NCBI RefSeq assembly: GCF_009914755.1
Contig: NC_060928.1
DNA length: 64,000 nucleotides
Source of the DNA: the human T2T-CHM13v2.0 reference genome, Homo sapiens
Direction: 5' to 3' (one strand)
This document shows positions 33,843 through 48,429 of the stretch, one piece after another; the first letter of the stretch is position 1, and the number at the start of each line of letters is the position of its first letter. Below the pieces are notes generated by a model. The model was not told the origin of the DNA. It was given only the letters and a program-made list of their open reading frames with translations, and ran no database searches. The translations under genes and the position numbers were made by a program.

Positions 33843-34165
33843 CTCTCTCTCTTTCTTTCTTTCTTTTTTCTTTTTTTTTAATTGAGACAGGGTCTCACTC
33901 TTTCACCCAGGCTGGTGTGCTGCGGCATGATCTCAGCTCACTGGAACCTCTGCCTTCTGGGTTCAAGTGACTCTCCCACCTCAACTTCACCAGTAGCTGG
34001 GACTACATGCATGCGCCACCACACCTGCTCAATTTTTGTATTTTTGGTAGAGATGGGGTTTTGCCATGTTGGCCAGGCTGGTCTTAAACTCCTGACCTCA
34101 AGTGATCTTCCTGCGTTGGCCTCCCAAAGTGCTGGGATTACAGGTGTGAGCCAGTGTGCAAGGCC
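33843..34165 (-). mobile_element. AluJb/Sz-like with CT-rich tail
   Basis: Dimeric Alu; TSD tcacagttatctct / tcatagttatctct. Confidence 0.92.
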
Positions 34166-35372
34166 TCATAGTTATCTCTTAATTACTGGTAAGACGGTTC
34201 AAAAGGACTATCTGAAAACAACATAAATAATCTTTTCTTAAAATTATATTTTTAAACATAATGAAGTTATGTTGGGGATTGGGGTTGAATGCAAAGTACT
34301 AAAAACAAGACTTTGAAATACTTTTAAAAATAATGCTTTTATTTATTTCTAGTTTCTACTCCTAATTATCAGACTAAGCAATGGCAAGGGTTGGTACCTA
34401 GAATAGATATAAATTGTACAATTGCATGGTGGATGAATTGTTCTAAAGAGATGACTCTGTTCTCCTGGAAACCTATTTATTTTTCAATTAACAAAGAGTA
34501 AAAGGCCTTTTCTGACACTTCTGCTTACGGGACAGGATAAAAAATATGCCACTTATGCTTGGTAGGTTTAATTAAATGTTTGGTTTGAGCTTATAAGGAA
34601 CTATGTGTTTTAGCCAGTTCGGATTGTAATAGATAATTAAAAATTCCATTAACAATTAAGTTGGTATTTTGATTTAAAAAAAGTGTATCTAGCAGCATAA
34701 AGCCTCTCTGGTACCAAAGTTTTTGACTCTTCCTTGACATATTTCTTGTTTGGTGAATGTTTTAATCTCATCATCTCTTAGCGGTTTTCTGATTTTGTAG
34801 TTTATGACTCAAATAATGCTATTTAATCAGTGGGTCAGACTAATAAACCCAAGCTCACGCTCACTAAAATTTCAGCATAAACAGATTTGAATGGATATGT
34901 TATCTTGTCAGCATATTGCTTTTTTTGTGCAATTGCCCATATAGTTATTGCTCATTTTATGTTGTAAGCTTTGGGAAGATGAGAAGCATGCTTGTGTAAC
35001 TTGATCTAAATATATTTTTTTTTTTTAGCACATAAAGCCAAGTTGGTTAAATAATGATGACAATAATAATAGTTTTAACCATAAGTAGTAAAAAAATATT
35101 GCACGCACACTCTAAGCCTGGCATTCTCCTAAAAATTGTATGTGCATGGTCTCTGTAAGATAGATATAATCTCCATTTTATACATGAGTTAACCAAAGTT
35201 CTGGAAGGTTAAATGATTTGTTGAAGATTCAGTTATTAAATGCTAGAAATAAAAAGCAGCTTGCTTTACTCTAAAGATCATAATATTCTATTACATATGT
35301 TGTTATCAGTAGTTGAATGCCATTTACACCATTAGATATGTTGGGTTTTACTATATTCCTACCATGAGAGCA

Positions 35373-35525
35373 CAGTGATTCTCAAACTTTAATGTGAACA
35401 TCTAGTTAAAACACAGATTCTGATTCAGTAGGTCTGGGGTGGAGGCCTGAGATTCTGCATTTCTAACAAGTTCCCAAGTGACGTTGGTGATGCTGGTCCG
35501 TAAGCCACCACATTAGGCGAGGCTC
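35373..35525 (+). mobile_element. MER5A hAT-Charlie relic
   Basis: cagtgattctcaaact...ctgattcagtaggtctggggtggaggcctgagattctgcatttctaacaagttccca. Confidence 0.8.
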
Positions 35526-36121
35526 TTTCCAGTGATGCCAACACGACATAGAAGGAATGTAGGGAAACATGCTGATCAGATCTTCATTGGAAGCATTTAA
35601 AAGTTTTCAACCTATAAAGTTTCTTTTTCGTTGGAGAATCTGATACGCCTTTCTCCACCTCTTAAAATTAGTGCTGTAGAGAGCCATGGATTTTGATGGC
35701 ACTGCCTGCTACATCCCTTATGTGTCTGGGGATAGAAAAGGATCAGAAATGGCTGACCCAGCCGTTTCAGAACCTTGAACACTAGAACCCAGTGTGAATC
35801 CTAGGTGATTATGTTAATGCTATGGTATGGACAAGGCAGAGGGGAAAGGAAAATCAAAGCAAGGGAACTGAGTTAGGAAAAGGAAAGAGGTGGGAGGAGG
35901 AAAATAACGAGAGACAGTGGAGGAAAGTAGCCAATTACTTATGGTGGCGAATGACAGGATGACACAGAAGGTGGCCAGAAAGAGCCAAATTCTTATCACT
36001 ACATAGCAAAATTTGAGGAAGCTTCTCATCCCAAATATACCACTTTCCCCAGTTAGTTATGTGGACTCCTCAAATTATGGTTTTTATTCAGGGCAACCTT
36101 TAAGACAGTACAGTGTGTTAT

Positions 36122-36439
<318 letters not shown>

Positions 36440-37670
36440 CTAGCAATTTCAAGGTGAATATTTTGAGCTGGGTAAAAAATAATCTTTCACCTTCACTTTA
36501 ATCATTGTTGTAGCAATTCTAGAGCTATCTTGTCCTTATAATTTAGCTAATGAGTTTGTGTAATTGAAAACAGCAGGGTGGAATGGAGGTAGTCAAATTT
36601 CATTAGTGACTTTGTTCCTGAGAAATATACATGTGTGTATGCTTGCGTACACACACATACACATACATGCACTTCTCATTTCATATCAGTGGAATGACAA
36701 AAAATGAAAGCTACTTTTTTGTCAGTTGTATATTAAACAGTTACAATCATTGCTTTTTAGAATTCCTTGTTTGAAAAGGCAATTAGGTGAAAATTCCTTG
36801 GCCAGTTTACAGAGGTAGATGGCAGATGGAAATATTATGGAAGCCACCAGGTAGCTTATGAAACACTAATGTTTTTATAAGTTTGTGAATGCCTTTCCAA
36901 ACCCTTCAGTAAAATAAAACTTGTGGGAGGCCTTGGTAATAGAGATGGTGACAAGGGCCAAGTTTGGGTTAAGAATGCCTTTGGCTTAAACATAACAATG
37001 TAGACATGAACCCAGATTTTGACAGTTACCAGAGAGGCTGTCATTTCAAAATGCCAATAGAGACTGCCAACAGCAATCGCCGCAAGCTTCTTTGATCCAG
37101 GCCCTCTCAAATTATCTCTTAGTAATGTGCTGTCATGTGGAACAGCTGATGGAAACACTGAGCCCCAGTAAAACAATCAGGGAAGATTTCATACCACCAT
37201 ATCTCTGACTGGAGTTTTCTAATTCTTACAACTTTTTTTCTCTCATCAGTTTCTTGTTGTGTATGGCTCCATCTGGATGGAATCTATCTCCAAGTTTCCA
37301 TATTATTGATCTATTAATTTCTAGCTTTTAGTCAACAATCTATGCCACCGTCCTCCTTGAGAAATTGCAAGTATGTGCTTTTTGTATTGGTAGTCTGCAT
37401 GAGAAGTATAGAGAATTTTAGTCACTATTCTTTCACTACTGATCATTTCTATGGCACTTATCTCCTTGTGATTTCTCTGCTAGGTTTCTCCTGGTAGAGA
37501 AATCTAGCAGGAGAAATCTAGCAGGACTGATTGACACAAGATTGTCTGCAGCATTTATTGATGTTTACAGAGACTTTGACTTTGTGGATTGTATACACAA
37601 GGTCTAAGTCTCATGAACTTCTAAACTTCTAATTGACACTGAGTTACTAATGCTTCTACATAACAGGATC

Positions 37671-37968
37671 TTTTTTTTTTTATGAGACAGGGTCTCACTA
37701 CATTGCCCAAGCTGGAGTGCAGTGCTGTGATCACAGCTCACTGTAGCCTTGACCTCCCTAGGTGTTCAGGTGATCCTCCCACCTCAACCTCCCAAGTAGG
37801 TGGGACTACAGGTGTGTGCCACCAGGCCTGGTTAATTTTTGTATTTTTTGTAGAGATGGAGTTTTGCCATGTTATCCAAGCTAGTCTCAATCTCCTGGGC
37901 TTAAGCAATTCTCCTGCCTCACCTTCCCAAAGTGCTGGGATTACAGGCATGAGCCATCACACCTGCTC
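37671..37968 (-). mobile_element. AluJ
   Basis: gagacagggtctcact...cacagctcactgtagccttgacctcc...ctcctgggcttaagcaa (J diagnostics). Confidence 0.92.
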
Positions 37969-38248
37969 CAGAACTGCATCTTAATAGCATAGACTGAACC
38001 TCTCATGAATCGTCAGAGACAGACTCGGTACCTTTTTCTTCCAAATTTGATTCTAAACAGCTTCATACTCCTTTGGAATCAAAACAATGCTTTACAGTAT
38101 TTTATTACTGGTAAGTAAAATTATATAAAATAAGAGATGTAAGCCAATAAGTCTCCATTATAAAGAACTAAGTGCAAATTAGATCTTCATTAAAAATTCC
38201 TGATTTTTTCTCACTTCTTAACAAATGAATCTTCCTGGATATTTTTCC

Positions 38249-38534
38249 TTTTTTTTTTTTTTTTGAGACACAGTTTCACTCTGTCACCCAGGCTGGAGTG
38301 CAGTGGTGTGATCTCAGCTCACTCCAGGGTTCAGGTGATTCTCGTGCCTCAGCGTCTCTAGTAGCTGGGATTACAGGCGCCCCCCCACCATGCCTGGCTA
38401 ATTTTTGAATTTTTGATAGAGACAGGTTTTCTCCATGCTGGCCAGGCTGGGCGTGAACTCCTGACTTCAAGTGATCTGCCTACCTAGGCCTCCCAAAGTG
38501 CTGGGATTATAGGCAGGAGCCACTGTGCCCAGCC
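38249..38534 (-). mobile_element. AluS with small internal deletion
   Basis: TSD cctggatatttttc at 38234-38247 and 38535-38548. Confidence 0.93.
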
Positions 38535-39429
38535 CCTGGATATTTTTCTATAATTTACCTTGTAGATAGATATTTACTCAAAATAAATGCCTGTGGAATC
38601 AGAAGAACCACACTTTTAATCCTTAATTGAAATAAAAGTACATAATCTTTCAAAATAAATATTATAATGCAAATACTGACAATTAAGAAAGAAAAAAACC
38701 TTCTTTTAGTTTTAAAGCAGTATGTTTGGTATGGCACTCTAAATCCTCAAGTACCACAAGGGACAAGTAATTTCCCAAAAAGCTTTACAACCTCCCAAAC
38801 CAGTTTTGATCCATGCAGGGAACTGAAGGCCAGAACATTAGCTTGGCTTCCTCCATGAGCTCAGTTGTATCCCAGGCATGGGAAACAGAGAAAGTATAAA
38901 ACACAATCTCAGTCCCAAAGGACTTTCCAACTTTAGTGAGACGGCAAGATCAACTGCCACATAAAAACTGTATATAACACAGGCCCCTTTTAGAAAAATG
39001 AATTTAAAAACTACAAATACAAAATTGGGGACAAGAGTAAATACTCACCATCAGAAGAAAAATTCTGATAAATTATTGGAAGCTGGGAGATTTGGGTGCC
39101 TTGTTTCTAGATATTTCTGCACAATGTACTAGAATTGCTTACATAGAAGTGTGTCCTGAGTGCAGCTGGGCTTCCCCTCCTCATCTGGAACATTCCATGA
39201 CAGAAATTCCCAGCCCTCACAGGAGTCTACGCAAGCGAGAAGCTCTGGGATTTTGGCTTCACTAGCTTCCCAAGGCACCTGCCTCTTCATATACCTTCGT
39301 AATAGTCATCAAGAGAACTGTAAAAAACCAGCAGCATCAAGAAACCTGTTAAACATTAAAAAAAATCATCATATTTGAAATTCTTTCTGAATTTATCTAT
39401 TTTAAACCTGGAGAGTGAGGATGTATAAT

Positions 39430-40158
<729 letters not shown>

Positions 40159-40449
40159 ATAATGAAAAAGAGGCTCGACAATTTTTCTTCTTTTTAATAT
40201 GTGTCACTTGAGTTTCCAGCACAACAAGATGACTCAGAACAGGAATAGGGTTATGTGAATGTCAATTTCTGTAGCCCAGAGTGAGTACCTCCTTTTTAAA
40301 ATGAAAATCCCACTGGGGAATCTAGAAATGTAGCAGATCAGACAAATTATGCCTTTCTTATTTTTATATAAAGTTGGATTCTACAAGTAGACTCCAAAAG
40401 ATTCTACCTATATTTTATTTCCCAAAGACTCTACATGTGAAATTCCTAC

Positions 40450-41050
40450 ATTTATTCATTCATCAGATATTTATTGAGCACCTTTTACATGGCACACACC
40501 ACTTTACCTGCTGAGACTGAGTCATGCATAAAATGGATAAAGTCACCTCTCACAAAGATACAATTAAAAATATCGTGCGTCATGTGGCAAGTGCCTAAAA
40601 GAAAAATAAGAGGACAAAGGATAATGGACTAGGGGACTAGGAGGGCCTCTCTTCAGGGTGCCAATGAGAAGAAAGCCCAAGCAGGAGTGGGAGAGCATTC
40701 CAGTCAAAGGGATCAGAAAGTGCAAAGTCCCTGAGTCTGGGGCACACTTAGTATGTTGAAGTAATGCAGGAAGATCACTGTGGCTGGAGTAGAGAAGGAA
40801 AAGGGAAGAGGCAATGAGGTTAGGAAAGTAGCTAGAGATAAGATTATGCAGGGCCTTGTAAATAACAATTAGGAATCCGTAAGAGTAACATGGTCTGACT
40901 TGGGCTTTGAGATGGCCACTCTGACTGTTGTGTGAAGAGCAAGAGTAAGGAACCAGAGGCCAGTGAGGAGGCCATCACAAGGGCCAGGCAAGAGGCAGTG
41001 GGGCATGGACTAGTGATCTGGTAACAGGGATGTTAAGAATTGGTTGAATT
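40450..41050 (-). mobile_element. L2 LINE 3' fragment
   Basis: tttattcattcatcagatatttattgagcacc...tgcaaagtccctgag...tgtggctggagtagag. Confidence 0.7.
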
Positions 41051-41149
41051 CTGTGTTTTCTAACATAGTGTCTGGATCCCAGCTCCAAAGGGACTGACTG
41101 ACAAATTTTCAAGGAGGTTAATTAAGGAACCCTACTGTTTACTACACTA

Positions 41150-41335
41150 ATAGTTATCCAAGTACAGGGGCCAGCTGCATCAGAAGCTCCCACGGCTTTT
41201 GTTAAAAAAAAAAAAAAAAAAAGATTCCAGGGCCTTGTCACAGACCTACATAGAATCTCTGGCAAAGGAGGCCCAGGAATATGAGGTTTTAACAAACTCC
41301 TTGTGTGGTTCTTAATATGGGATAAATTTTGATCC
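41150..41335 (-). mobile_element. MER5A-like relic with internal A-run
   Basis: gcatcagaa...gttaaaa...agattccagggcc...cagacctac...gaatctct...ggcccaggaat...ttttaacaa. Confidence 0.65.
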
Positions 41336-42111
41336 TGGTCCTTATGGAAGAGAGTGCTGAGCTCTTGCAAAGGTTTGTGTCTTGTTAGACATTTCAAGTC
41401 CATACTTTAAATATCTCCAGGCTAGAACTGAGACTATATTGTGAATTTAACAGTGAGAATTACAAAAGCTCACTGTTTTTGCCTGAACTCTCAATATGAG
41501 ATGTCTCCATCAAGCTGTCAGATTTTAGCCTTATCAGGGGTTTCATGAAACTTTTTGTCATTTTACATTGATTTTCACATTCCTGAACCTTCTGAGTAAA
41601 CTTGTCTTTTAGCTTTAGAGATTATAAATACTAATAATTGAACCTAGAATATTTTAAAGCTTCTATCTGTATGAGCCAAAAGTGTGAAGTGTGCTTAAGA
41701 AAGGACAGAGGGAGTTTGGCAACTCTTTCTAAAGCTATTTTTGCTTTTTTATACATTAATAAGTGATATGCTCTCTCTTTACAAACTATTAGTGAAGTAA
41801 AATAGATTTCTCTGGCTTCCAAAACAGAGAAAATGATACTTTGAGATGAGGCAGTTAGAAATGAGGCATGACACAATAGCTAATAGATTTTGTTTTCTGT
41901 CTTGCTTTCTTTCCCTCTCCTACCTTTCTATATTGCTTCATACTGAACTATCTTTAGATATAAGAGTGTATACTAAACTCTGTTTACTCTAAAATCCTTT
42001 ACCATTGTATACACTTGCATTATAGTAAGAGTATGAGCATCATTTTGTATTCTATGTTTTTCCAGTATCATATATACAGTAAATCTATTATGTCAGTCCC
42101 TGAAATTACCA

Positions 42112-42407
42112 TTTTTTGTTTGTTTTGAGATAGGGTATCACTCTGCCGCCCAGGCTGGAGTGCATTTGTGCTATCTAGGTTCACTGCAGCCCAACCTCCT
42201 GGGCTTAAGCAATCATCCCACCTCAGCTTCCTGAGTAGCTGGGACCACAGGCGTGCATCGCCACACGTGGCCAATTTTTGTATTTTTTGTAGAGACGAGG
42301 TTTTGCCATGTTGCTCAGGCTGGTTTCAAACTCCTGAGCTCAAGCAGCCCACGTGCCTCGGCTTCCCAAAGTGCTGGGATTACAGGCATGAGCCACTATG
42401 CCTGGCC
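42112..42407 (-). mobile_element. AluJ
   Basis: J-type diagnostics; TSD tgaaattac at 42101-42109 and 42408-42416. Confidence 0.92.
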
Positions 42408-42819
42408 TGAAATTACAATTCATAATGGCTTTATAGTAAAGCATTGTAATACTATATTGTACTTCATATAACAATTTATTTACTGCTTGCCATTTGTACT
42501 TGAGTTTTTCCAGTTTTTCAGTATATAATAATGAAATATGACATGGCTCTAAGCATCTTTATGTAAATTACTTCATTGTCTTTGTGTCTATTTTTTTCAT
42601 GAAATATTCCCAAATAAATAATTATTGAACTAAAATGTAATAAAGGATATTTTTAAAATGGTAACCAGCTGCCAGACTGTTTCTCAGAAAGCTTGAACTG
42701 ATATTCCATACCATGGATAATATTTTATCATAGCAATACAAAGTTTAAGCACTTAAATTTTTTTTTTTTTTGGCCAGTTTGATAGATGTAACTTACTCTA
42801 TTATTTAAATCTTTTCATC

Positions 42820-43510
42820 TTCTCTGTGGTTAAAATAGAATGCTTGTAAAATTGGGACATGAATTTAGGGCAGAATCAGAGTGACAGCTTTCCGACAGAT
42901 GACCTCTCCCTCATCAGTGTTATTTTCCAGTTTCTTTGGCTCATTTTGCAGTGAACAACCTAACAGGGTGAAAGTTCCAGATACTCTGACAAGGTGATGG
43001 TTTTGAAGAGAAGTTCTGCTGCTGGGCAGAAGAGGGCACTGTTTGTTTGTACTGAGGCAGAACAAACCCTGACCTGTTTAGAGAGAGCAATCACTGTCAG
43101 AGCCAGCTCTTCACTTCACACTTGTGGTCCTGTGACCACTGTGGTGGCGACCGCAGCTCCTTCCATGCATGACAAGTCCTGTTAAGCATTGAATTTGTTA
43201 TTATGCACTGAGGTCTGTGAAGTTCCTGCCTCCTAGAAGACCAATGGAATCATTTACACTGCTGTCACCGAGGAGTTAGCACCCAGGCAGTTGCCTACCA
43301 CAAGAAGGAGGGCTGGTTTGCTCCAGGAGACACCAGCCGGTCCGGACACCTGCAAGACTCTGGGGAACCACAAGGTTAATTAGAATTTGATGAGCAGTGA
43401 AGGTCAGGAATTTAGAAAGGCTGGAATAGCAACCAGACTAGGATTGTAAGAACATTTTTGTTAAAATTAAGAAGTAATACCCAAGATTTTTAGGCCAACC
43501 ACATTTCTGT
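42820..43510. promoter_or_regulatory. Candidate enhancer with clustered RUNX motifs
   Basis: Seven TGYGGT/ACCRCA matches in ~680 bp of non-repeat DNA, plus FOX-like TGTTTGT, ETS-like CAGGAA and several retained CpGs. Confidence 0.35.
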
Positions 43511-43539
43511 ATTTCTTGTTTTTTTTGTTGTTGTTGTTT

Positions 43540-44104
43540 ATTTTTTCTAGTTAAAAAAAGTCACATAGGAAATGTACAAATGCATTATTATTACAAAAGA
43601 TTAAATCACACTATGAAGTGCTGAGCAATCTGTATTCTCTTTGGCCTCTTCATTCCACTCACACTCCCTTTCTCAAAGGCCACTGCTGTTAATAGTTTGA
43701 TGACTTTGTTGTGGGCCTTTACAGACACAGGTGCATACACTGTACACATATATCTTTTTTTCTCTCCAAGAGTGGGATCTTGCCATACATATTATCCTGA
43801 AACTAGTTTTTTCCCCCACTTAACCATAAATCGTGTCACTGTTTCCATGAGTTCAAATTGGTCTTCTTTTGCATAACTATCTGTAATATGGATTATCATG
43901 AATTAATTAACCATTATACTGATGAAACATTAAGGTTTTCAATTTTCACTATTACAAATAATGCAAAGTGAATGTTCTTGTGTTTGTAACTCTGTGCACA
44001 GACTTCAGTGTTTCTGTAGGATGGATGCCAGATGTAAAATTGCAAGGTCAAATTTTATGAGCACTTAAAGTTTTAATAGATGTGGTCAAATTGCCCTCCA
44101 AAAA
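43540..44104 (-). mobile_element. L1ME fragment
   Basis: ccactgctgttaatagtttg...ttttcactattacaaataatgc...gtggtcaaattgccctccaaaaa. Confidence 0.55.
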
Positions 44105-44121
44105 GGGAGAAGGTAACTTCT

Positions 44122-44328
44122 ATTTATTTATTTTTACTATACTTTAAGTTCTAGAGTACATGTGCCAACGTGCAGGTTTGTTACATATGTATACATGCGC
44201 CATGTTGGTGTGCTGCACCCATTAACTCGTCATTTACATTAGGTATATCTCCTAATGCTATCCCTGCCCCCTCCCCCAACCCCACGACAGGCCCTGGTGT
44301 GTGATGTTCCCCACCCTGTGTCCAAGTG
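44122..44328 (-). mobile_element. Very short 5'-truncated L1PA (L1PA5-like) 3' end
   Basis: L1PA 3' UTR; perfect 17-bp TSD gggagaaggtaacttct at 44105-44121 and 44329-44345. Confidence 0.93.
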
Positions 44329-45439
44329 GGGAGAAGGTAACTTCTTAAAGTTATTGATATGTGCAGTCACGAGAGTGTTTGATGGTGCTAAACAGAAGAA
44401 ACTCTTATGTTGTAGGCCAGAACCTTCAGTGGGCTGATTATATTTGTACAGTTGCCTTTGCTTCACTCCAGTGAAACCATTATGGACTCTTTCCTAAATG
44501 AGAATCTTGGGGTTAGTATAAAGACCTTCTAAACTGCAATGGGCCTCTGTCATATTTTTCTCAGGTTTGGGCAGAGGGTTAGGATAAAGGAAGGAGCAAA
44601 GTGTCTTCTTGACCTGCAGAAGAGGTTGGGGGAAACGCCTTACACATCAGCAGGGGCCATGAGAGCAGGTCTTATCTGTGATGCCTCATATCTGATTCTG
44701 CTCTTGTCTGCCTACTGTCCACACTATTCTTCGAATCATAATTAGATCACATCGCATTCTGCAGAAAGCCTTCTAGTGGGCACCCCTGCAGGTACCTTGG
44801 CTTATTAGGCCCCTTTACACTCTGACCTCTTCCCCTGAGACATCATATCCAACTAGGCTGTCTTGTTCTTCCTGCCCCAACCCTCACCTCTCAGCCCACT
44901 GGCTTCATTTTGGCTCTAAACACACCAACTGAGAAAGTGAAGGGACTTCAAGTAGATGTCCCGGAGGGCTCTGAAATGTGCCCTCTACTTTGGGAAGCCT
45001 GATAAATCTAACAGAATGCACTGAATCTGATTGGGGCCAGGAACTGGGAAGAACAATGAAAGGGCTAAGTGTTCCTGAGGTAGAGCCCTGAGAGCATGGT
45101 CTAAGGGCTGCGCCAGTGTTTCCCTGGACCAGATGTGTGCCAGGGGAAGAGATTTTACCTGGGGACCAACAGGGAGGAAAATAGACCACAGAAAAAAGAG
45201 GCCAGTAGGGACTGCTAGTATGGACATGCAAAGTAGCCAGGAAAGGAGTTGCAACCAAGGAAACTGCAGGTGAGGGAAGTCCCAACAAGGAAATCTCTGA
45301 AGAGACCTTGAAAGAGCCATCTTGTGGGACATGGACTCCTGTCTTTCAAGAGTCTTTCATCATCTTTCATGAGCTCCTTTCATGTCCTTCATGAGTCTTT
45401 CACCATCTTTCCCCTCAGTGTAGTACAAGGAAAGAGGAA

Positions 45440-45625
45440 CAAGCTTAGCAGCCAGTGATGAAATAAAATCCTGCTGCTGCCACCCGCTAGCTGTGTGACT
45501 TTAGCCATGTTCCATAACCTCCCTGAGCATTCATGAATTCACTGGTCAAGCAGGGTTAACTTCTCACTGGTTTTGTGAGAATTAAGTGAGTTAACATACT
45601 TAAACATGAACTTAACCAATACTGA
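45440..45625 (+). mobile_element. MIR fragment
   Basis: ctagctgtgtgacttt...aacctccctgagc...ttgtgagaattaagtgag. Confidence 0.6.
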
Positions 45626-45884
45626 TTCCCTTGTATAAATCTGTGTCCCTTGTTCCTGGGACAGAACAGGTGCTCCGTAAAAGACAGGCAGAGATAGATG
45701 AAAGAATGGGTGGTCAGTAACTTGTACAGGACCTCACATCTGTAAGACATGCTAAACTATTTCTGAAAATGGTCTCAGACAAAGTTGTTTTTACCACAAG
45801 TCATCTCAGGCAGTATTTTATGTTTTTGGAAGAAGTTCCTTCATAAGCTTCCTGGAATGGGAGTGGAGTAAGTGAGGGTGTGAA

Positions 45885-46003
45885 TTGCTAGGACTACGAA
45901 TCCTTTCCTGCCTACACAGTCCCAGTTGATACCTGTTGTAATAGCACCCCCTTTGACACTAGAAAGTATCCCAGGTTGGATACTTAATCACATGGTCATC
46001 ATA
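45885..46003 (+). mobile_element. MER94-like hAT relic
   Basis: acagtcccagttgatacctgttgt aatagcacccccttt...aaagtatcccaggttgga...atggtca. Confidence 0.6.
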
Positions 46004-46654
46004 TGTAAGGGTCATGCTGAAATAACATTAAGTGGTCACTGAACCATCTTTGGGGAAGAGGGTTTCCTGCAGAGTGCTGGTGGTCCTGAACCAGTGTGTG
46101 AGCTTGGTGCTGGCACAGATTTGCTTGGGTAGTTGAGGAGAAGCTGAGTATTGCCTCTAGCAACTTTCCCCACTGAGTGCTCAGTCCTCCTAAATACACC
46201 CTGAACAAAATAGTAGTTTTAAGGAGCACTAACAGACCCACAGTTCAGGCTAGCCCAGATGGGGCTACAACTATTTGCTACCTCAATAATTAGGTGGTAG
46301 AGTTATTTATCAGAAAGAGAAATGGGCTAAGCACCAGGGAGTCCAAACTTTAGGCTTCACGGTTATTTAAGCTGTGTCTGATTTACTTTTGTCAGTCGCA
46401 TTTAGCTGCTGTCATTGCATGTGCTTCTGAGAGGCTGCAGCCAGCCCTGGGTGATGTCCCATGGAACTTTCCTGGGAGTTACAGTGAATAAATTTTGAGA
46501 CACCTTAACAGCTCCTGGGGCTGCTCTACTCCTTTCTGTATTTCAAGAATTTTCCAAATAATTGGGCTGTTGGGTAAGTGTGGTCTAGTTTCATTGGCGA
46601 GGTGTGGCAATGGTTTAACACTGCACCGTGTTCTGCTGGAAAAGTGGGACATAG

Positions 46655-47865
46655 ACCTGTGGCCTCTCCTTTCTCTATCTGTGCTCACTCCCTGGATAAT
46701 CTCTTCTGATCTCAAGAATTTCATGCCACCTCCATATAGCTGACTCCCAAATGTATACCCTCAGGATGGAACTATTCCCAGAATCACAGGTTTGTATATA
46801 TAGCGGTGTATTTGATATTTCTTCACAGATGGCTAATAGACATTTCAAACTTATTATGTCCAAAATTAAACTCAATGTTACCCCAAACCTCAAGTTTTTT
46901 CCATCTCATTCCCTGGGAATTCCATTCTCCCAGTTGTTCAGGCAAAAAAATCTTAGAGTCATCTTTGAATTCTCTCTTTCACTCGTACTACATTTAACAT
47001 GTTAGCAAATCTTATCCATTTTACCTTTGAAATCTGTCCACAATTCAACAACTTTCAGTTATCTTCACTGCTTCTACTTTGGTCTAAGCCACCCTCAGGC
47101 ATTGTCAAGATTATTTCAGGATTCTCCCAGTTGATCTTTTTGCTTTCACCCTTGGTCCTCTCACAGTCGGCTGCAGCCAGAAAGATCCTGTTAAATGTAA
47201 TTCACATAATGTCCCTACTCTTTTTTTCTAAAATCCTCCAGTGGTTCACAGGGACTGAACTGTTCTCTCTCCTACTTCCTCCATCCCAACTCTCTAAGAT
47301 CATATACTGATTCTATGCCTCCCTGGCTCTGCTGTAGCTGCATTGGCCTCTGCTGTTTATAGAATAGGAACACACATTTCCACTAGAAGATTCCCACCAG
47401 GTGAGCTTCTGCCCCGGTCTCTATCCTTGCTCTTTCCTCTGCCTGGAATGCTTCTCCTTGAGGTATCCTCTCCATTCATCCCTGCCCCCTTCATGCCCTT
47501 ATTCAGATATGGGCTTCTCGCTCTAAAGTTGCACCCACTCTTCTCACTCCTCTTCCCCTTTCTTCCTTTATTGTTCTTCTTAGCACTGGTCACCATTTAA
47601 CATATTTTATATTTTTTATATATACATATATATACACACACACACACACATATATATACACACACACATGCACACACACATTATATATAATTTATATATT
47701 ATATATAAAATTGTTTGTGCTCCTCAACTTAAACATGAGCTCTGAAGGCAGTGATTTCTTCTGCTGCTTAATCTGTTTGAGTAACTGCTATAGTTTCAGG
47801 ATTTAGTAAAGTGTCTGACATGAGTAGTTTCTCAAATACATTTGCTGAAGGAATTAATGAGTGAG
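46655..47865 (+). mobile_element. L2a LINE 3' portion with embedded (TA)/(CA) repeat at ~47615-47708
   Basis: gctgactcccaaatgtata...ggctaatagacatttcaaactta...cttagagtcatctttgaatt...ctcaaatacatttgctgaagg. Confidence 0.75.
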
Positions 47866-48429
47866 ACCTCCCGAATTCAACTGAGATTTACTGAGCATCA
47901 GCAATGGGACTTAGCGATAAACTTTATGATGAACATATTTTTATTTTAATCTTTTCTTTTTTAACTTAGGATTATATTAAACTAAAGGATCTTTGAGGGT
48001 CTTCCTGCTGGCTAGCCCAGCTTTTCTCTATGGGTGGGCTCAGGGCACTTTCTAGTATCGTTAGTCTACATGTAATTCATATTTCATGTTTGGATATGAG
48101 AAGTGGCAGGGATCTAATACAAGGGAACACTTAAAACATTTTTTTTTTCAAGGAAGCTGCTGTCTGCTTCTTTAGGTAAGCAGACTGTAAGCACCCTTGA
48201 AACACTTCTATAGTCCCTACTACTGACTCTCTTTGTTCTGCAAATGTGAGGTGGATTGGTATGTCTGTCTTGGGCAAAGAGTGTAACACTCCTACTTCTG
48301 TGATGTTCATGCCTATCAAAATCTCTATCTTCCCTAGGTTTGCAGAACTTTCAGGAGAGAGTGATGAGCTAGTTTGAATAAGGGGCCTAGGGGCCTTTAG
48401 AAAGGAAAGGGACTAAGTATCTAACCTAG

